Shown: positions 28,040 to 37,731 of the stretch, one piece after another | Layout: each line of letters opens with the position of its first letter | How positions within the stretch are numbered: position 1 is the stretch's first letter | From: Candidatus Aenigmatarchaeota archaeon | GTDB lineage: Archaea; Aenigmatarchaeota; Aenigmatarchaeia; Aenigmatarchaeales; Aenigmatarchaeaceae | Length of the DNA: 64,000 bases | Direction: 5' to 3' | Assembly (NCBI GenBank): GCA_043802485.1 | Contig: JAZDKZ010000001.1 | Coordinates: forward strand, 32,001-96,000 | The notes under the pieces: model-generated | What the model saw: the letters and a program-made list of their open reading frames with translations, nothing else | The model's database searches: none | Told to the model about the DNA's origin: nothing | Position numbers and translations under genes: made by a program

Positions 28040-29542
28040 ATGTCTAAGGATATTAAAGTTCCTGATGATAAAAAAGGTTTAAAATACACGCTGGTTTCTC
28101 CGTTCGTCGAGATAAACATAAAGTGGGAACCCAAAGAAAACGAGTTCATGTACCTTGTTAGCGAGCCCAAGCTTACCAAGGAGGACGAGAAGATAAGGGA
28201 GAAGATTGTCAACGGGCTTTTAGAAATCCTTGACATTGAACTATCTTCAATAAAGAAGAGGAGTGAGGCTCTGGATTATCTGAGGAAGCAGGTCAAAAAA
28301 ATCCTGGACGAGTACGACATCAAGCTTCCGGAAAGCAGGCTCTCGAAAATAATATATTACATCTACAGGGACTTTGTCGGTCTGAATGACATAGAGCCGA
28401 TGATGCAGGACCCGAACATAGAGGACATATCATGCGACGGTATTGGTGTCCCTCTTTTCATAATCCATAGAAAATACGGATCGATAAAGTCGAACGTAGT
28501 ATTCAAGGATGAGAAGCGTTTGAAGGATTTTGTCGTGAAACTTGCCGAGAGGTCTGGTAGGTTCGTTTCATACGCAGAGCCTCTTTTGGACGGGACCTTA
28601 CCTGGGGGCTCAAGAGTTCAGGCAACCTTCTCAGGGGATGTCACAACCAGAGGTCCCAGCTTTACCATAAGGAAGTTCGTACCAGAGCCCTACTCGCCGG
28701 TCGACTTGATGAACAAGAAGACTGTGACTCCGGAGATACTTGCCTACCTCTGGTTAGCTGTGGAGAACGGAGCATCAATCCTGATATCAGGCGGTGCTGG
28801 CACAGGCAAGACCACTTTGTTAAATGTCATGCTCATGTTCGTGCCCTCACAGGCAAAGATAATTTCCATCGAGGACACCAGGGAATTGAACATACCACAT
28901 GAGAACTGGGTACCGTCTGTGACAAGAGTGGGCTTTGCCAAAGGCTACGGTGAAGTTACCATGTTCGATTTATTGAAAGAGTCGTTCAGGCAGACTCCTG
29001 ACTATGTTGTAGTTGGAGAAGTCAGAGGCAAGGAGGCTTATGTGATGTTCCAGGGCATGGCCTCGGGAATTCCGGCCATCGGTACCATGCACGCAGGGAG
29101 AGTCGAGGATGTGATATACAGGCTTGAGACCCCACCCATCAATCTGTCTCCGTCCCTGATTGATACGTTGGATATGATCATAGTGATGATACATGCCAGG
29201 GAGAAGGGCGAGTCAGCCAGAAGGGTCAAAGAGATAGTTGAGATAGAGGCTGTTGTCCAAGAGACTGGCAAGGCCAGGACTAATGCTGTTTACAGATGGG
29301 CGCCAAAGGAGGACAAGTACAGCTTCAAGGGCGTTTCATGGTACCTGCAGCAGCTGGCTGTGCAAAAGGGCCTAGAGACCAGCGACCTTCTGAAAGAGCT
29401 TGACAGGAGAAAGCAGCTGCTGGAGTTCATACAGAAAAAAGGGATATCGAACTACAAAAAAGTCGTGTCTCTGATATCAGAATACAGAAAGAACCCTGCA
29501 GAGGTTATTGAGAAGATAAAATCAGAGGCCGAAAAACTTTAG
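28040..29542 (+). CDS. type II/IV secretion or pilus assembly ATPase
   Basis: IEDISCDG, GGAGTGKTT, IEDTRE, GEVRG. Confidence 0.93.
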   Translation: MSKDIKVPDDKKGLKYTLVSPFVEINIKWEPKENEFMYLVSEPKLTKEDEKIREKIVNGLLEILDIELSSIKKRSEALDYLRKQVKKILDEYDIKLPESRLSKIIYYIYRDFVGLNDIEPMMQDPNIEDISCDGIGVPLFIIHRKYGSIKSNVVFKDEKRLKDFVVKLAERSGRFVSYAEPLLDGTLPGGSRVQATFSGDVTTRGPSFTIRKFVPEPYSPVDLMNKKTVTPEILAYLWLAVENGASILISGGAGTGKTTLLNVMLMFVPSQAKIISIEDTRELNIPHENWVPSVTRVGFAKGYGEVTMFDLLKESFRQTPDYVVVGEVRGKEAYVMFQGMASGIPAIGTMHAGRVEDVIYRLETPPINLSPSLIDTLDMIIVMIHAREKGESARRVKEIVEIEAVVQETGKARTNAVYRWAPKEDKYSFKGVSWYLQQLAVQKGLETSDLLKELDRRKQLLEFIQKKGISNYKKVVSLISEYRKNPAEVIEKIKSEAEKL

Positions 29543-30274
29543 GGCCTCTTCTACGTTCCTGACTTCTATGACAGCAATGCCAACATCCTTGCCTATGTTG
29601 ACTGTTACCTTATCGTAAGTTGTCTCACAGAAGATAAAGCCGTCCCTTCTTGTGCATTTCTCATTGGGCTTTAGGTAGGTCTCTTCTCCTTGGCCGAAAG
29701 GCACAATGAATATCTCTGCGCCCACATCCTTTGCAGCCTTGGCCTTTTCCAATATGCCGCCCACCTCGCCTATAGTACCGTCGCTTTCCACTGTGCCTGT
29801 TATTATCACATTCTCATTTACAGTCTTGTTCTGTAGAGCTGCTATGGTTGCTATCGCGATGGCTGCTCCTGCTGACGGGCCGCCTATAACAGATGCGTTG
29901 GACTTTATGCTGTACATCAGGTCATAGTTGCTCAGGTCTATGCCGGTCATGTTCATTGCCACATACCTTGCAGTCTGTATCGAGAACTGCGTGTCAGTCC
30001 AGAACAGGGGCTTGTCGATGTCCACAAGAACCTTGCCGCTGCCAGGCTTTGCCTCCACAATGAGGGGCGTCATCACTCCGTTGCCGTCCTGGTCTACTGC
30101 CACAAGGCTCAGCTCTGAATAGAACGGCTTCAATGACGACTCAGTGTACACTATGGTCCTTACCTCGGGTTCTGCTGTCTGCATAATGCCCAAGGAAAGG
30201 CCGATCAAAATTCCCAAAAGAAGAACGAATACGTAAGAGCTGTAGTTGGTCTTTCTGTAGCTGTATCTTGCCAT
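29522..30274 (-). CDS. membrane-anchored S16 (Lon-like proteolytic domain) serine protease
   Basis: N-terminal TM, GPSAG, IGEVGGILEK Ser-Lys dyad. Confidence 0.9.
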   Translation of the reverse strand: MARYSYRKTNYSSYVFVLLLGILIGLSLGIMQTAEPEVRTIVYTESSLKPFYSELSLVAVDQDGNGVMTPLIVEAKPGSGKVLVDIDKPLFWTDTQFSIQTARYVAMNMTGIDLSNYDLMYSIKSNASVIGGPSAGAAIAIATIAALQNKTVNENVIITGTVESDGTIGEVGGILEKAKAAKDVGAEIFIVPFGQGEETYLKPNEKCTRRDGFIFCETTYDKVTVNIGKDVGIAVIEVRNVEEALKFFGL

Positions 30275-30292
30275 AGTTATCATCTAAAAATA

Positions 30293-30568
30293 TGCAGAGG
30301 AACGCCTTCAGTGGGTGCCAAGAAAACCATGAAGCTAACCCCATCAATCTTCTCCACTTCGCGACCCTATAAACGTCACTACCATAACTTAGTAGTGCTC
30401 GGTTCCCCGCCTCCTACGGTTCGCTATAACAGTAACTCTACAGGACGAAGCTTCTCAGTCGATCGACAGGACCTCACGGATCCTTGACATCGCCTTTAGG
30501 CTTCGATTGCGCCATGAACCGGATTTGCGCTTATAGGGAACCGGTAGCTCCCCAATCTATCCCCTGCA
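30293..30568 (-). ncRNA. ffs: signal recognition particle (7S) RNA, lacking helix 6
   Basis: terminal helix TGCAGGGGA/TTCCTCTGCA, Alu-like 5' domain, helix 8 motif GAGG-CGG-GGAA-CCG-AGCA, TATA box at 30590-30597. Confidence 0.88.
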
Positions 30569-30610
30569 AAAATAGTTAGAATTCGAATGTATTTAAAACT
30601 TGAAGAACTG

Positions 30611-31348
30611 TCAGATAACAAATCTGTATATAGTACGCAAACCTTGCCTCACACCTTTTATGTTTGGTTCATATGTCTGGAGCAGCTTTTCTATTGAAGA
30701 TCTTACACCTGGCCTCATTTCTATAAACGAGGGGTACTCTAGTTTTTTTATGACGTTTTCTTTATCAAGATGCTTCAAGTCGTATATGGTAGTGCATGTT
30801 CCCACTTGCTTTGCTGTTTTTGCGTCACTGAACCCTACAAAAGGTGTTCCTTTCTCCTTTGCCCACTTTATGTTCCTTAAATGGTGCAGTCTAAAAAAAG
30901 GAACACTATCTACTGCCCCTGTTACAGCGTCTACTGCTACTATTTTTTTGTTCCTGTACAGGTCATGAACCTGCTTCTTTGACAACGAGCCTGGAATGCT
31001 GGGATGAGTTGCGACCGCCTTGCCTCCCTATGCTATTATCTCATCAGCAGCCTCGTAGCAGCTTAACTTTTTAGGATTTTTAATGACCTCAGTAATATCA
31101 ATACCAAGCATGTCACCATCCCTACTTGTTACTTCCTGTACAGGAAAGGTGACCATGCCATATTCTTCACACAGATTTTTTATCATCCTATAAGCTTCTA
31201 TTGGTTTTTCCTTTTCTGATAATGCAAATATGCTGATTTCTTTTTTCTTTGCTGCTTCGACCATCTGTTTCGGACTAGAATTGTATGGAAAGTGGCTGCT
31301 GCTGCCGTTCAGACTGTGCGCATGTAAATCAGCTCTATATATTGCCAA
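30611..31348 (-). pseudogene. PHP-domain phosphoesterase interrupted by an in-frame TAG (31028-31030)
   Basis: ADLHAHS...QEVTS.DGD...EIIA*GGKAVATHP...GFSDA read in one frame. Confidence 0.8.
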
Positions 31349-31473
31349 AAAAATCACTTGTGATTCGAGAACAAGAGTCTCGAGCGATGTTGATACCTTT
31401 ATTGGTACCAATGTCTGTACTTATATTGTAACTAACATATTTAAATATTCCCACAAAAATAAGAGTAGATAAC

Positions 31474-31743
31474 ATGAAGAACCTAAATGTAATCAAAAGC
31501 TTGGCTGAGAACAAGACCATAAAGAACATTTTCAAGGCGCTTTTCAAGGAAAAACAGGAAGGAAAACTAGGGGTATCTATAACGAAACTTTCGGAAAAGA
31601 CGGGTATTGAAAGACATAGGTTGGTTGGTATACTCGAGGTTTTGGTTGTGCTAGGAATTCTAGTTGCATTTGACATAGGTATGGCCAAGGCATTTGCACC
31701 ATCTCCTATGTTGTTAAAAGTAAAGAACCTAATCAGATTATAG
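31474..31743 (+). CDS. winged-helix DNA-binding protein
   Basis: SITKLSEKTGIERHRLVGILEVL...IGMAK. Confidence 0.75.
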   Translation: MKNLNVIKSLAENKTIKNIFKALFKEKQEGKLGVSITKLSEKTGIERHRLVGILEVLVVLGILVAFDIGMAKAFAPSPMLLKVKNLIRL

Positions 31744-31843
31744 AACAGTTACATACAAGCTATTGCAGTGACATTTCTTCTATTTTTTGTTAGAAAGCAA
31801 AAATACCGTCAAATTTATATAGCTAAATGCAAAACTCATAATC

Positions 31844-32050
31844 ATGGCAGACCCAAGGTCGATAACATTCTGGATTATAGGGGCTATATGCGTCTTTGTA
31901 GGGGCGTTGATAGCAGGTAGTGTCGATCCGTCTGTTATTGGAGCAACCACGACTTCTGTGGCAGTGTCCTACATAATATCATTCGTCCTGATACTGATAG
32001 GCGGCATGTTTTGGATATCCACTGCCATAATACAGGTGGAAGAGTCATAA
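31844..32050 (+). CDS. small 2-TM membrane protein
   Basis: hydrophobic hairpin; TTTATATA box upstream. Confidence 0.7.
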   Translation: MADPRSITFWIIGAICVFVGALIAGSVDPSVIGATTTSVAVSYIISFVLILIGGMFWISTAIIQVEES

Positions 32051-32434
32051 GCGAATCTCTTCATAGCACATTTTCTTGAAAAATCTCTCAACTATGACAA
32101 CATCGTCCTCGCTGTTCAGGCTTATGGTGGTTATTATAGAACCGCCTTCTGGGTTAGTCAGGTTCTTGAAAAAAAGTTCCTGACCGTCCTTTGCGGTTAT
32201 GCTCATGCCGTAGTACTCTAGCCTGTTCCTCGACGAAGAGATTATGAACCTGTATATCCTGGTCTTGCCGTACAACGATCCGTCCGGTTCGAACTCATAT
32301 TCTATATTGCTCATCACGTCACCGAAGGAGTACTCCACGTAGCAGTCGAACGAACCCATGTTTTGGTAGATATAGATAAAGCTTGTTGCAAGTATTATCA
32401 GAAACAGAACCAAAAATATGTCTCCCTTATCCAT
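32045..32434 (-). CDS. hypothetical membrane-anchored protein
   Basis: N-terminal TM, Cys pair. Confidence 0.65.
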   Translation of the reverse strand: MDKGDIFLVLFLIILATSFIYIYQNMGSFDCYVEYSFGDVMSNIEYEFEPDGSLYGKTRIYRFIISSSRNRLEYYGMSITAKDGQELFFKNLTNPEGGSIITTISLNSEDDVVIVERFFKKMCYEEIRL

Positions 32435-32557
32435 AAAATGATATGGAATCGGAAAATTATAATACTTTTGCTTTGTAATGTTTGAAGAATAAAATAAAAC
32501 AAGGGAAAAATCCCTTAAACTTGGATATCTATATTGAACTGTTAATCAAGCACGCTT

Positions 32558-32824
32558 TCAGAATCTTCTGGGTTTGTGCTTTCTGTAACAATCTTTGCAA
32601 TAGACAGGTCTGTCTGCTGCAGGCTTGAATGGAACTTCACACTCATTTCCGCAGTCGCTACATTTTGTCTTGTGCATTTCTCTATCAAAACCAGTGCTTG
32701 CTTCTGCCTTTGGCTCTTCAGCGACTTCTTCGTCTGTGTCCTGATCTTCTTCTACTTCTTCATCAGACGTTTCTTCTTCAACTGGTTCTTCTTCTATCTG
32801 TTCTTCTGTTTTTGTTTCGTCCAT
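32558..32824 (-). CDS. CxxC-x17-CxxC domain protein with acidic N-terminus
   Basis: REMHKTKCSDCGNECEVPFKP...RPVYCKDCY. Confidence 0.92.
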   Translation of the reverse strand: MDETKTEEQIEEEPVEEETSDEEVEEDQDTDEEVAEEPKAEASTGFDREMHKTKCSDCGNECEVPFKPAADRPVYCKDCYRKHKPRRF

Positions 32825-32912
32825 AATATTATCTCCTTAACAATCTTTTAACATAATCCTCTAGTCTTTAAATAAACGACTGAAAAGTGATATTTCAGGT
32901 CTATATAATTTT

Positions 32913-33467
32913 TTAAGCCTGAGTGACTTCTGTCTTCCTGAACTCAAAGAACCTCAGAGGATACACCTTGCTGACACTCTTCTTTATCTTCATCTGTAGC
33001 TTGCCGTCTATTATCTCCCTGATGAACTCTTCCGTCTTCAGTTTCTGGACTTCACTTATTATCATTTCCCTTACTATCCTTCTGACCTTGACCGCGACAG
33101 GATGGCTCACCCTTCTGTTAGAGATGGCTATTGACTTTATCCTTATCTCGTTGTCCTGGAGCTTTATTACATCGTTCGTGTCTATTCTTGTTTTTCTTCT
33201 GCTCACAATCCTTGATAAAAAGTCCTTTGTGCAGTCATGACCCACAAACTTTGTTACAGCCCTCTTGTCCTTGACATCGTCTATCTTGAAGTAGAACTTT
33301 AGATAGTACTTGTTCGGGTCTCCTGTTATGTCGGTCAGGCTGGTCTCTATGACTCTGCCCTTCAGCAGGGCCTGCTCAAGCGCCAGAGTCTCTCCTATGA
33401 CAAAATCTCCGAAAAACTTTGGTGCTGTTATCTCGTACCAGTCTTTGCCCTTCAGCTTTGAAGCCAT
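32913..33467 (-). CDS. rps3ae: 30S ribosomal protein eS1 (S3Ae)
   Basis: KDWYEITAP, GRVIETSL.DITGD, KVYPLR. Confidence 0.96.
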   Translation of the reverse strand: MASKLKGKDWYEITAPKFFGDFVIGETLALEQALLKGRVIETSLTDITGDPNKYYLKFYFKIDDVKDKRAVTKFVGHDCTKDFLSRIVSRRKTRIDTNDVIKLQDNEIRIKSIAISNRRVSHPVAVKVRRIVREMIISEVQKLKTEEFIREIIDGKLQMKIKKSVSKVYPLRFFEFRKTEVTQA

Positions 33468-33597
33468 AGAGATTAAATACCATTTATAACTTTATAAATC
33501 TTAACGAAACGGCTACATGCTATCTACAAGAACAAGGTCTATCCAATAATCTGTACTGTTTTCTCTTGTTAGATTGTTTGTGCCTTGGTATACGCCA

Positions 33598-33996
33598 TCA
33601 TGGTACAGACTTTTCTGCTATCGCTCCCTGTACTGTAGTTACCTTGATGACAACGCCCGAACCTGGGAGTGATGAAAGAGTTATTGTTCCAAGCTGGCCT
33701 GGGGAAATTGATGGGGGAACTGTTGCTCCGTTGTCTAATGCGCCGTTGACAAAAACAGCAAACTGTGACACGTCCACCTTTCCGCTGTTCCTGACAGAAA
33801 CCTCGCCGGTGACAGGAGAAATGGTCTCTATTTTTATTTTTGAAAGTATTGATGTTGAAGCCTGGTCAACTGCCTCTGAACCTGTTTCCGTTGTCTCTGT
33901 TATCACCCGTCCGAAGAAGCTGTATGCAAGTGATACCAGAGAGACTGATATCAATGTTAGCAATATTACAACAATGATGGCAGATACTCCCTTCAT
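33598..33996 (-). CDS. archaeal type IV pilin
   Basis: class III signal peptide KG|VSAIIVVILL; VRNSG motif. Confidence 0.85.
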   Translation of the reverse strand: MKGVSAIIVVILLTLISVSLVSLAYSFFGRVITETTETGSEAVDQASTSILSKIKIETISPVTGEVSVRNSGKVDVSQFAVFVNGALDNGATVPPSISPGQLGTITLSSLPGSGVVIKVTTVQGAIAEKSVP

Positions 33997-34030
33997 ACAC
34001 TTTAATTCGGTTTCACAGATAAAAAATCTA

Positions 34031-35314
34031 TTAGTTTATCATACTTTTGCACGTTTCTATGAATTTTTCCTTTGCATCTATCGGTATGGTTGCGCCTGCC
34101 GCGAACTCGTGCCCTCCACCCCTTCCGTTGCACACTTTCGCTGCTTCCATCACAACCTTCTGGACATCAAAGTCCTTGGACCTGACAGATATCTTTATGC
34201 CGTCCTCGGCGTTCGCAAAGCCGAATAACGTCTTTTCCTTTGGCTTGAAAAGCATCGAGACTATGGTGCCAATCAAATTCTCGTTTATGTTGTCGTCTGC
34301 TATCAAGTAATCAGCATTATCAGTCTTCTTGATGCTTTCCGGATTGCTCTCTACCCATCTCATGTAGTTTCCTATCAGCCTTCTGTAGCCACGGAGGACG
34401 CCCCTAGCCGCCTTTAGTGCCTTTTCACTTCCCATACACAGCGCCAGACCAACAGCAGGCTCGTTCATATTGGCGCAAGCATTTAGAATGGTGGCAAACT
34501 CTTTCGGATCCCTCAATTCCTCCTGGAAGCCATTGAGGGTTAGGTTGTTGCTGAAAAGAGAATGTGCCTTGAACTTTTCTGATTTCAATCCCTCTTTGAT
34601 AATGGCGTCTGTCAGCTTTTTCTTATCGTTTTCATTGAGATCGTTGAGCGTAACCCATTCTCCATCTTTCTGTGGGCTGATGCCTATCTCGGACAAGAAC
34701 TGTATGGCCTTGGAAGAATCGTTGATACTTGCTATGCCAGAATACTCTAGGGACTTGTACAAGGGCCTAGTATACCTGCCGAACAGGTTCAGGCCCATCT
34801 CCGCCTCTATGAAAGGGTTTTCGAATATCTTCGAATCTGTGGAGTAGCTCACATCTCCTATTGTTCCCACGACAGCCAAAGGCGCCAAATAATTGTTCTG
34901 CAAAATCTCCTTTGCTAGCAGGTATGTTATTCCTGCGCCTGAAAGTTCCAGGTCAAAATCCAGTGGGTTTATGTGTATCATCCTTTCTGTCAGAGTTCCT
35001 TCTATTTCGTGGTGATCAAGAATTATGATATCAGAATCTATCTCCTTCAGAACATCCAGATAACCTGAGCCGACGTCAGTGAATATAGTGAGTTTGGGCC
35101 CTCTTTCGTTTAATGTTCCAACTATATCAGGTTTTATCATCTTGACGAAGGTTACCTGAAAGTCCTTCTTCAATTGGTAGAGCACAGAAGCTATTATCGC
35201 GGCAGAGCTCACGCCGTCAGCGTCCAGATGCGACACCACCTGTATCATACTATCAGTGCCTTTGATCTTTTCAATGGCACTTTCAAGAAGATTTGCAAGC
35301 TCTTTCATTAGCAT
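34031..35314 (-). CDS. recJ: DHH/DHHA1 RecJ-like exonuclease
   Basis: HLDADG, FTDVG, LDHH, GGGHEFAAG; rps15-linked. Confidence 0.9.
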   Translation of the reverse strand: MLMKELANLLESAIEKIKGTDSMIQVVSHLDADGVSSAAIIASVLYQLKKDFQVTFVKMIKPDIVGTLNERGPKLTIFTDVGSGYLDVLKEIDSDIIILDHHEIEGTLTERMIHINPLDFDLELSGAGITYLLAKEILQNNYLAPLAVVGTIGDVSYSTDSKIFENPFIEAEMGLNLFGRYTRPLYKSLEYSGIASINDSSKAIQFLSEIGISPQKDGEWVTLNDLNENDKKKLTDAIIKEGLKSEKFKAHSLFSNNLTLNGFQEELRDPKEFATILNACANMNEPAVGLALCMGSEKALKAARGVLRGYRRLIGNYMRWVESNPESIKKTDNADYLIADDNINENLIGTIVSMLFKPKEKTLFGFANAEDGIKISVRSKDFDVQKVVMEAAKVCNGRGGGHEFAAGATIPIDAKEKFIETCKSMIN

Positions 35315-35333
35315 ATAATGTAGCTAACATAAT

Positions 35334-35795
35334 TTATTGCTTTGTGGTCTCTACCAACAGCTTGGCCTTGTCAGGTTCGTACTTGAAGCCTTTTGGCAGC
35401 TTGTTGTTCTTGGCATAATACTTTATCAGCCTTCTTATCTTGCTTTCCAGCAATTCAAGGCCGTGCTTGGAAGTATAATCCTTCTTGTTCTTTCCCATAT
35501 GGTCCCTGAGGTTCACCGCCCTTTCATAGAGATTCAGCAGGTCCTCAGGTATCTTTGACAAGAGGTTGTTTTCCTCGATTATCTGCATGACAGTCTTGCT
35601 CGTTATATCCTTGACAGAAGGTATGCCGTACTGGTCCCTTAGAAGCAGGCCTATTTTTGAAGCCTCCATACCCTCTTTCCTGAACTTTACCACCAGTCTC
35701 TCCACTTCCTTGTCGCTCAGAGTGACCCATTTAGCTGGCGTTGCCGGCTTCTTGGAGCCAGACCTTCCCCTTTTCCTGGAGTGCATCTTAGCCAT
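35334..35795 (-). CDS. rps15: 30S ribosomal protein uS15
   Basis: MAKMHSRKRGRSGS, LRDQYGIP, ESKIRRL. Confidence 0.97.
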   Translation of the reverse strand: MAKMHSRKRGRSGSKKPATPAKWVTLSDKEVERLVVKFRKEGMEASKIGLLLRDQYGIPSVKDITSKTVMQIIEENNLLSKIPEDLLNLYERAVNLRDHMGKNKKDYTSKHGLELLESKIRRLIKYYAKNNKLPKGFKYEPDKAKLLVETTKQ

Positions 35796-36051
35796 TGTTA
35801 GCACCTATGAACTGTGATACGATGTAAACGGTTATACCTACCATTACAAACATTGAGCCGAACGAGGCTATGAATATCGTTCCCTGTATGAAGCTTCCTA
35901 GGAATATGCCAGAAGCCACCATCACGCTTGACAGAACTATAATCATGAAGCTTATGTTCTCTATGTATTCCTTTCTGCTGTTTCCCTTTATCCTCTTGTG
36001 AATACCACTCTTATTTGTTGTTGGCTTTTCCTCTTGTATTGTTTCATTCAT
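35788..36051 (-). CDS. small membrane protein between bud32 and rps15
   Basis: 2 TM; overlaps both neighbours. Confidence 0.65.
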   Translation of the reverse strand: MNETIQEEKPTTNKSGIHKRIKGNSRKEYIENISFMIIVLSSVMVASGIFLGSFIQGTIFIASFGSMFVMVGITVYIVSQFIGANNG

Positions 36052-36661
36052 TCCTTCTCACATACCTTCCTCGTTTTTCTATATCATTTAAGGTCTCCAA
36101 GACCTTATTAAAATTATCGTTGGTTTGCTTATAACCTTTTATAAAACTGTCCCATAAAAGATTTAAATGTTTAAAATGGGTTGATTTGAAGGCTTCCTTC
36201 AGGACAGACAGGTCAGTTGCCAGGTTTTCTGCTCGTTTGGTGTTCTCTCCTAGACCAAAGTCGATGAAAAACACTTTTTCATCCTTGAGAATCATGTTGC
36301 TTGTCGTCAGGTCCCCGTGGGCAATGCCGTTCGTATGCAAAAGGCCTATTGACCTGCCAACAAGCTCCGCCACACCTTCCATTTCTTTTTCTTTAGCTTC
36401 GTTGAAGAACTCTTTCAGTCTCTTGCCTTCGATATAGTCCATCTTTATCTTAAAATTCGATTCAGACACAATTGTGACATCAGGTGTATTCACCCCTATT
36501 CTCTGCGCTTCCAGAAGCAGCTTGCCCTCTTTCCTTGTTCTGTACTTTCTCAGCTTCTCGTCTATTTCCGGGAGCCTGTAGCCTTTCTTGATTCTTTCCT
36601 TGACTACTTTGCTTCCGTCAAGCCAGATTATGGCTTCCGCGCCGCGCTTTATTTCTTTCAT
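36044..36661 (-). CDS. bud32: KEOPS kinase Bud32
   Basis: RGAEA, HGDLTTSN, FIDFGL, RGRY. Confidence 0.96.
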   Translation of the reverse strand: MKEIKRGAEAIIWLDGSKVVKERIKKGYRLPEIDEKLRKYRTRKEGKLLLEAQRIGVNTPDVTIVSESNFKIKMDYIEGKRLKEFFNEAKEKEMEGVAELVGRSIGLLHTNGIAHGDLTTSNMILKDEKVFFIDFGLGENTKRAENLATDLSVLKEAFKSTHFKHLNLLWDSFIKGYKQTNDNFNKVLETLNDIEKRGRYVRRNE

Positions 36662-36740
36662 CTTTTATTCCTCTCATTTTTTAGATGATCATAAATCTTA
36701 CCAAATTCTATAACTTTTTCGTTGTCCATAAAAATCAGAG

Positions 36741-36835
36741 TGGGCGGGAGGAGATTCGAACTCCCGACCTCCACGTTATCAGCATCGCCTAATCAGATGA
36801 TTATGTGGCGCTCTACCAGGCTAAGCTACCCGCCC
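36741..36835 (-). tRNA. tRNA-Ile(GAT) with non-canonical 21-nt intron at 30/31 (36784-36804)
   Basis: GGGCGGG/CCCGCCC acceptor; perfect BHB AG-CGCC-ACA...GGCG-ATG-CT; spliced stem CCACG/CGTGG. Confidence 0.92.
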
Positions 36836-36873
36836 ATGAAGATAAATATTGTAAGAAGACTTTTAAATAATAT

Positions 36874-37215
36874 CTAGGCCTTGCCATTTGTCTTTATCCT
36901 GGACAGGAAGTAGGTTATGACCACGGCCATGATGGTGACAGACACGGCCACATAGAATTTGTACACCACGTCGCTTTCTGTCGGGAACAGTGCCGCTATG
37001 GCCGATTTTATGGCGTCGTTCCAGCTAAGGGCCGCCACAAGACCCATGGCGGAGATAATCAGGGTTATAAAGTTCTCCTTGAAGGCTCTTGTGAACTTGG
37101 TCATTTCGTTGTTCAATATTATGTTCCTCCTCTGCTGTCTCCAGCCTACAGGGCTCTTGTACTTTGCAGGACTGTTGTGGGAGTCTTTTTTGACCATCAT
37201 AGAATCACGGTTCAT
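36874..37215 (-). CDS. DUF5654-like membrane protein
   Basis: SAMGLVAALSWNDAIK motif. Confidence 0.8.
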   Translation of the reverse strand: MNRDSMMVKKDSHNSPAKYKSPVGWRQQRRNIILNNEMTKFTRAFKENFITLIISAMGLVAALSWNDAIKSAIAALFPTESDVVYKFYVAVSVTIMAVVITYFLSRIKTNGKA

Positions 37216-37285
37216 CTAATTTGACGAGCCTACTCTTAAAGATTCATCTATGCCAGAACGAGAAAGTATAAGAATGGACATAGCC

Positions 37286-37702
37286 TCATATTCCGTTGAA
37301 ATGAAGAAGGACGTCATTTAAGAACTCTTTCAGCTTCGGGCTCTTCTCAGCGTCTTTTTCAAAATTATGTCTAGGTGAATGTATAAGTTCTTGCGGATCA
37401 TAGAACCCAAAACACCTATGATTTCCATTTCTGGTTGTCTTGCTTATACACATGTAGGTTATTCTAGTCGGGTCCTTATCCGTTCCATTGTATCCTTCTG
37501 AAGTTGGCCAACTTTCTCTTCTGAGAGAGGCTTCATAATCACCCCTCTCCACTTCAACAAAAGCTCCTGACTGACCATAGTTTCTACTATACCGTACGAA
37601 ATCAAAAATGCCCCTTTCTTTAACTTCTCTACATATACCAATCGTTGACCGGCCTTTCATCTTTGTATATCCTTTTATATGCTTTCTCCTTCTTCTTGGC
37701 AT
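37286..37702 (-). CDS. hypothetical protein downstream of tRNA-Ala
   Basis: 138-aa ORF; no recognised motif. Confidence 0.55.
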   Translation of the reverse strand: MPRRRRKHIKGYTKMKGRSTIGICREVKERGIFDFVRYSRNYGQSGAFVEVERGDYEASLRRESWPTSEGYNGTDKDPTRITYMCISKTTRNGNHRCFGFYDPQELIHSPRHNFEKDAEKSPKLKEFLNDVLLHFNGI

Positions 37703-37731
37703 AATTGAATTATGTTAAAAAAGAATAAGAA

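Noticed and set aside
30293..30568. RNase P RNA as the identity of this ncRNA
   Set aside because: It lacks the GAGGAAAGUCC and ACAGAA P4 motifs, while the SRP helix 8 motif is present.
31028..31030. Genome-wide TAG reassignment or pyrrolysine
   Set aside because: TAG ends core genes at their expected C-termini (rps8, rpl30, rpl14e), only one internal TAG was seen, and no pyl genes are in the window.
33569..33598. MAYTKAQTI mini-ORF after the pilin, resembling a class III signal start
   Set aside because: It has only 9 codons and no hydrophobic segment, so it cannot be distinguished from chance.
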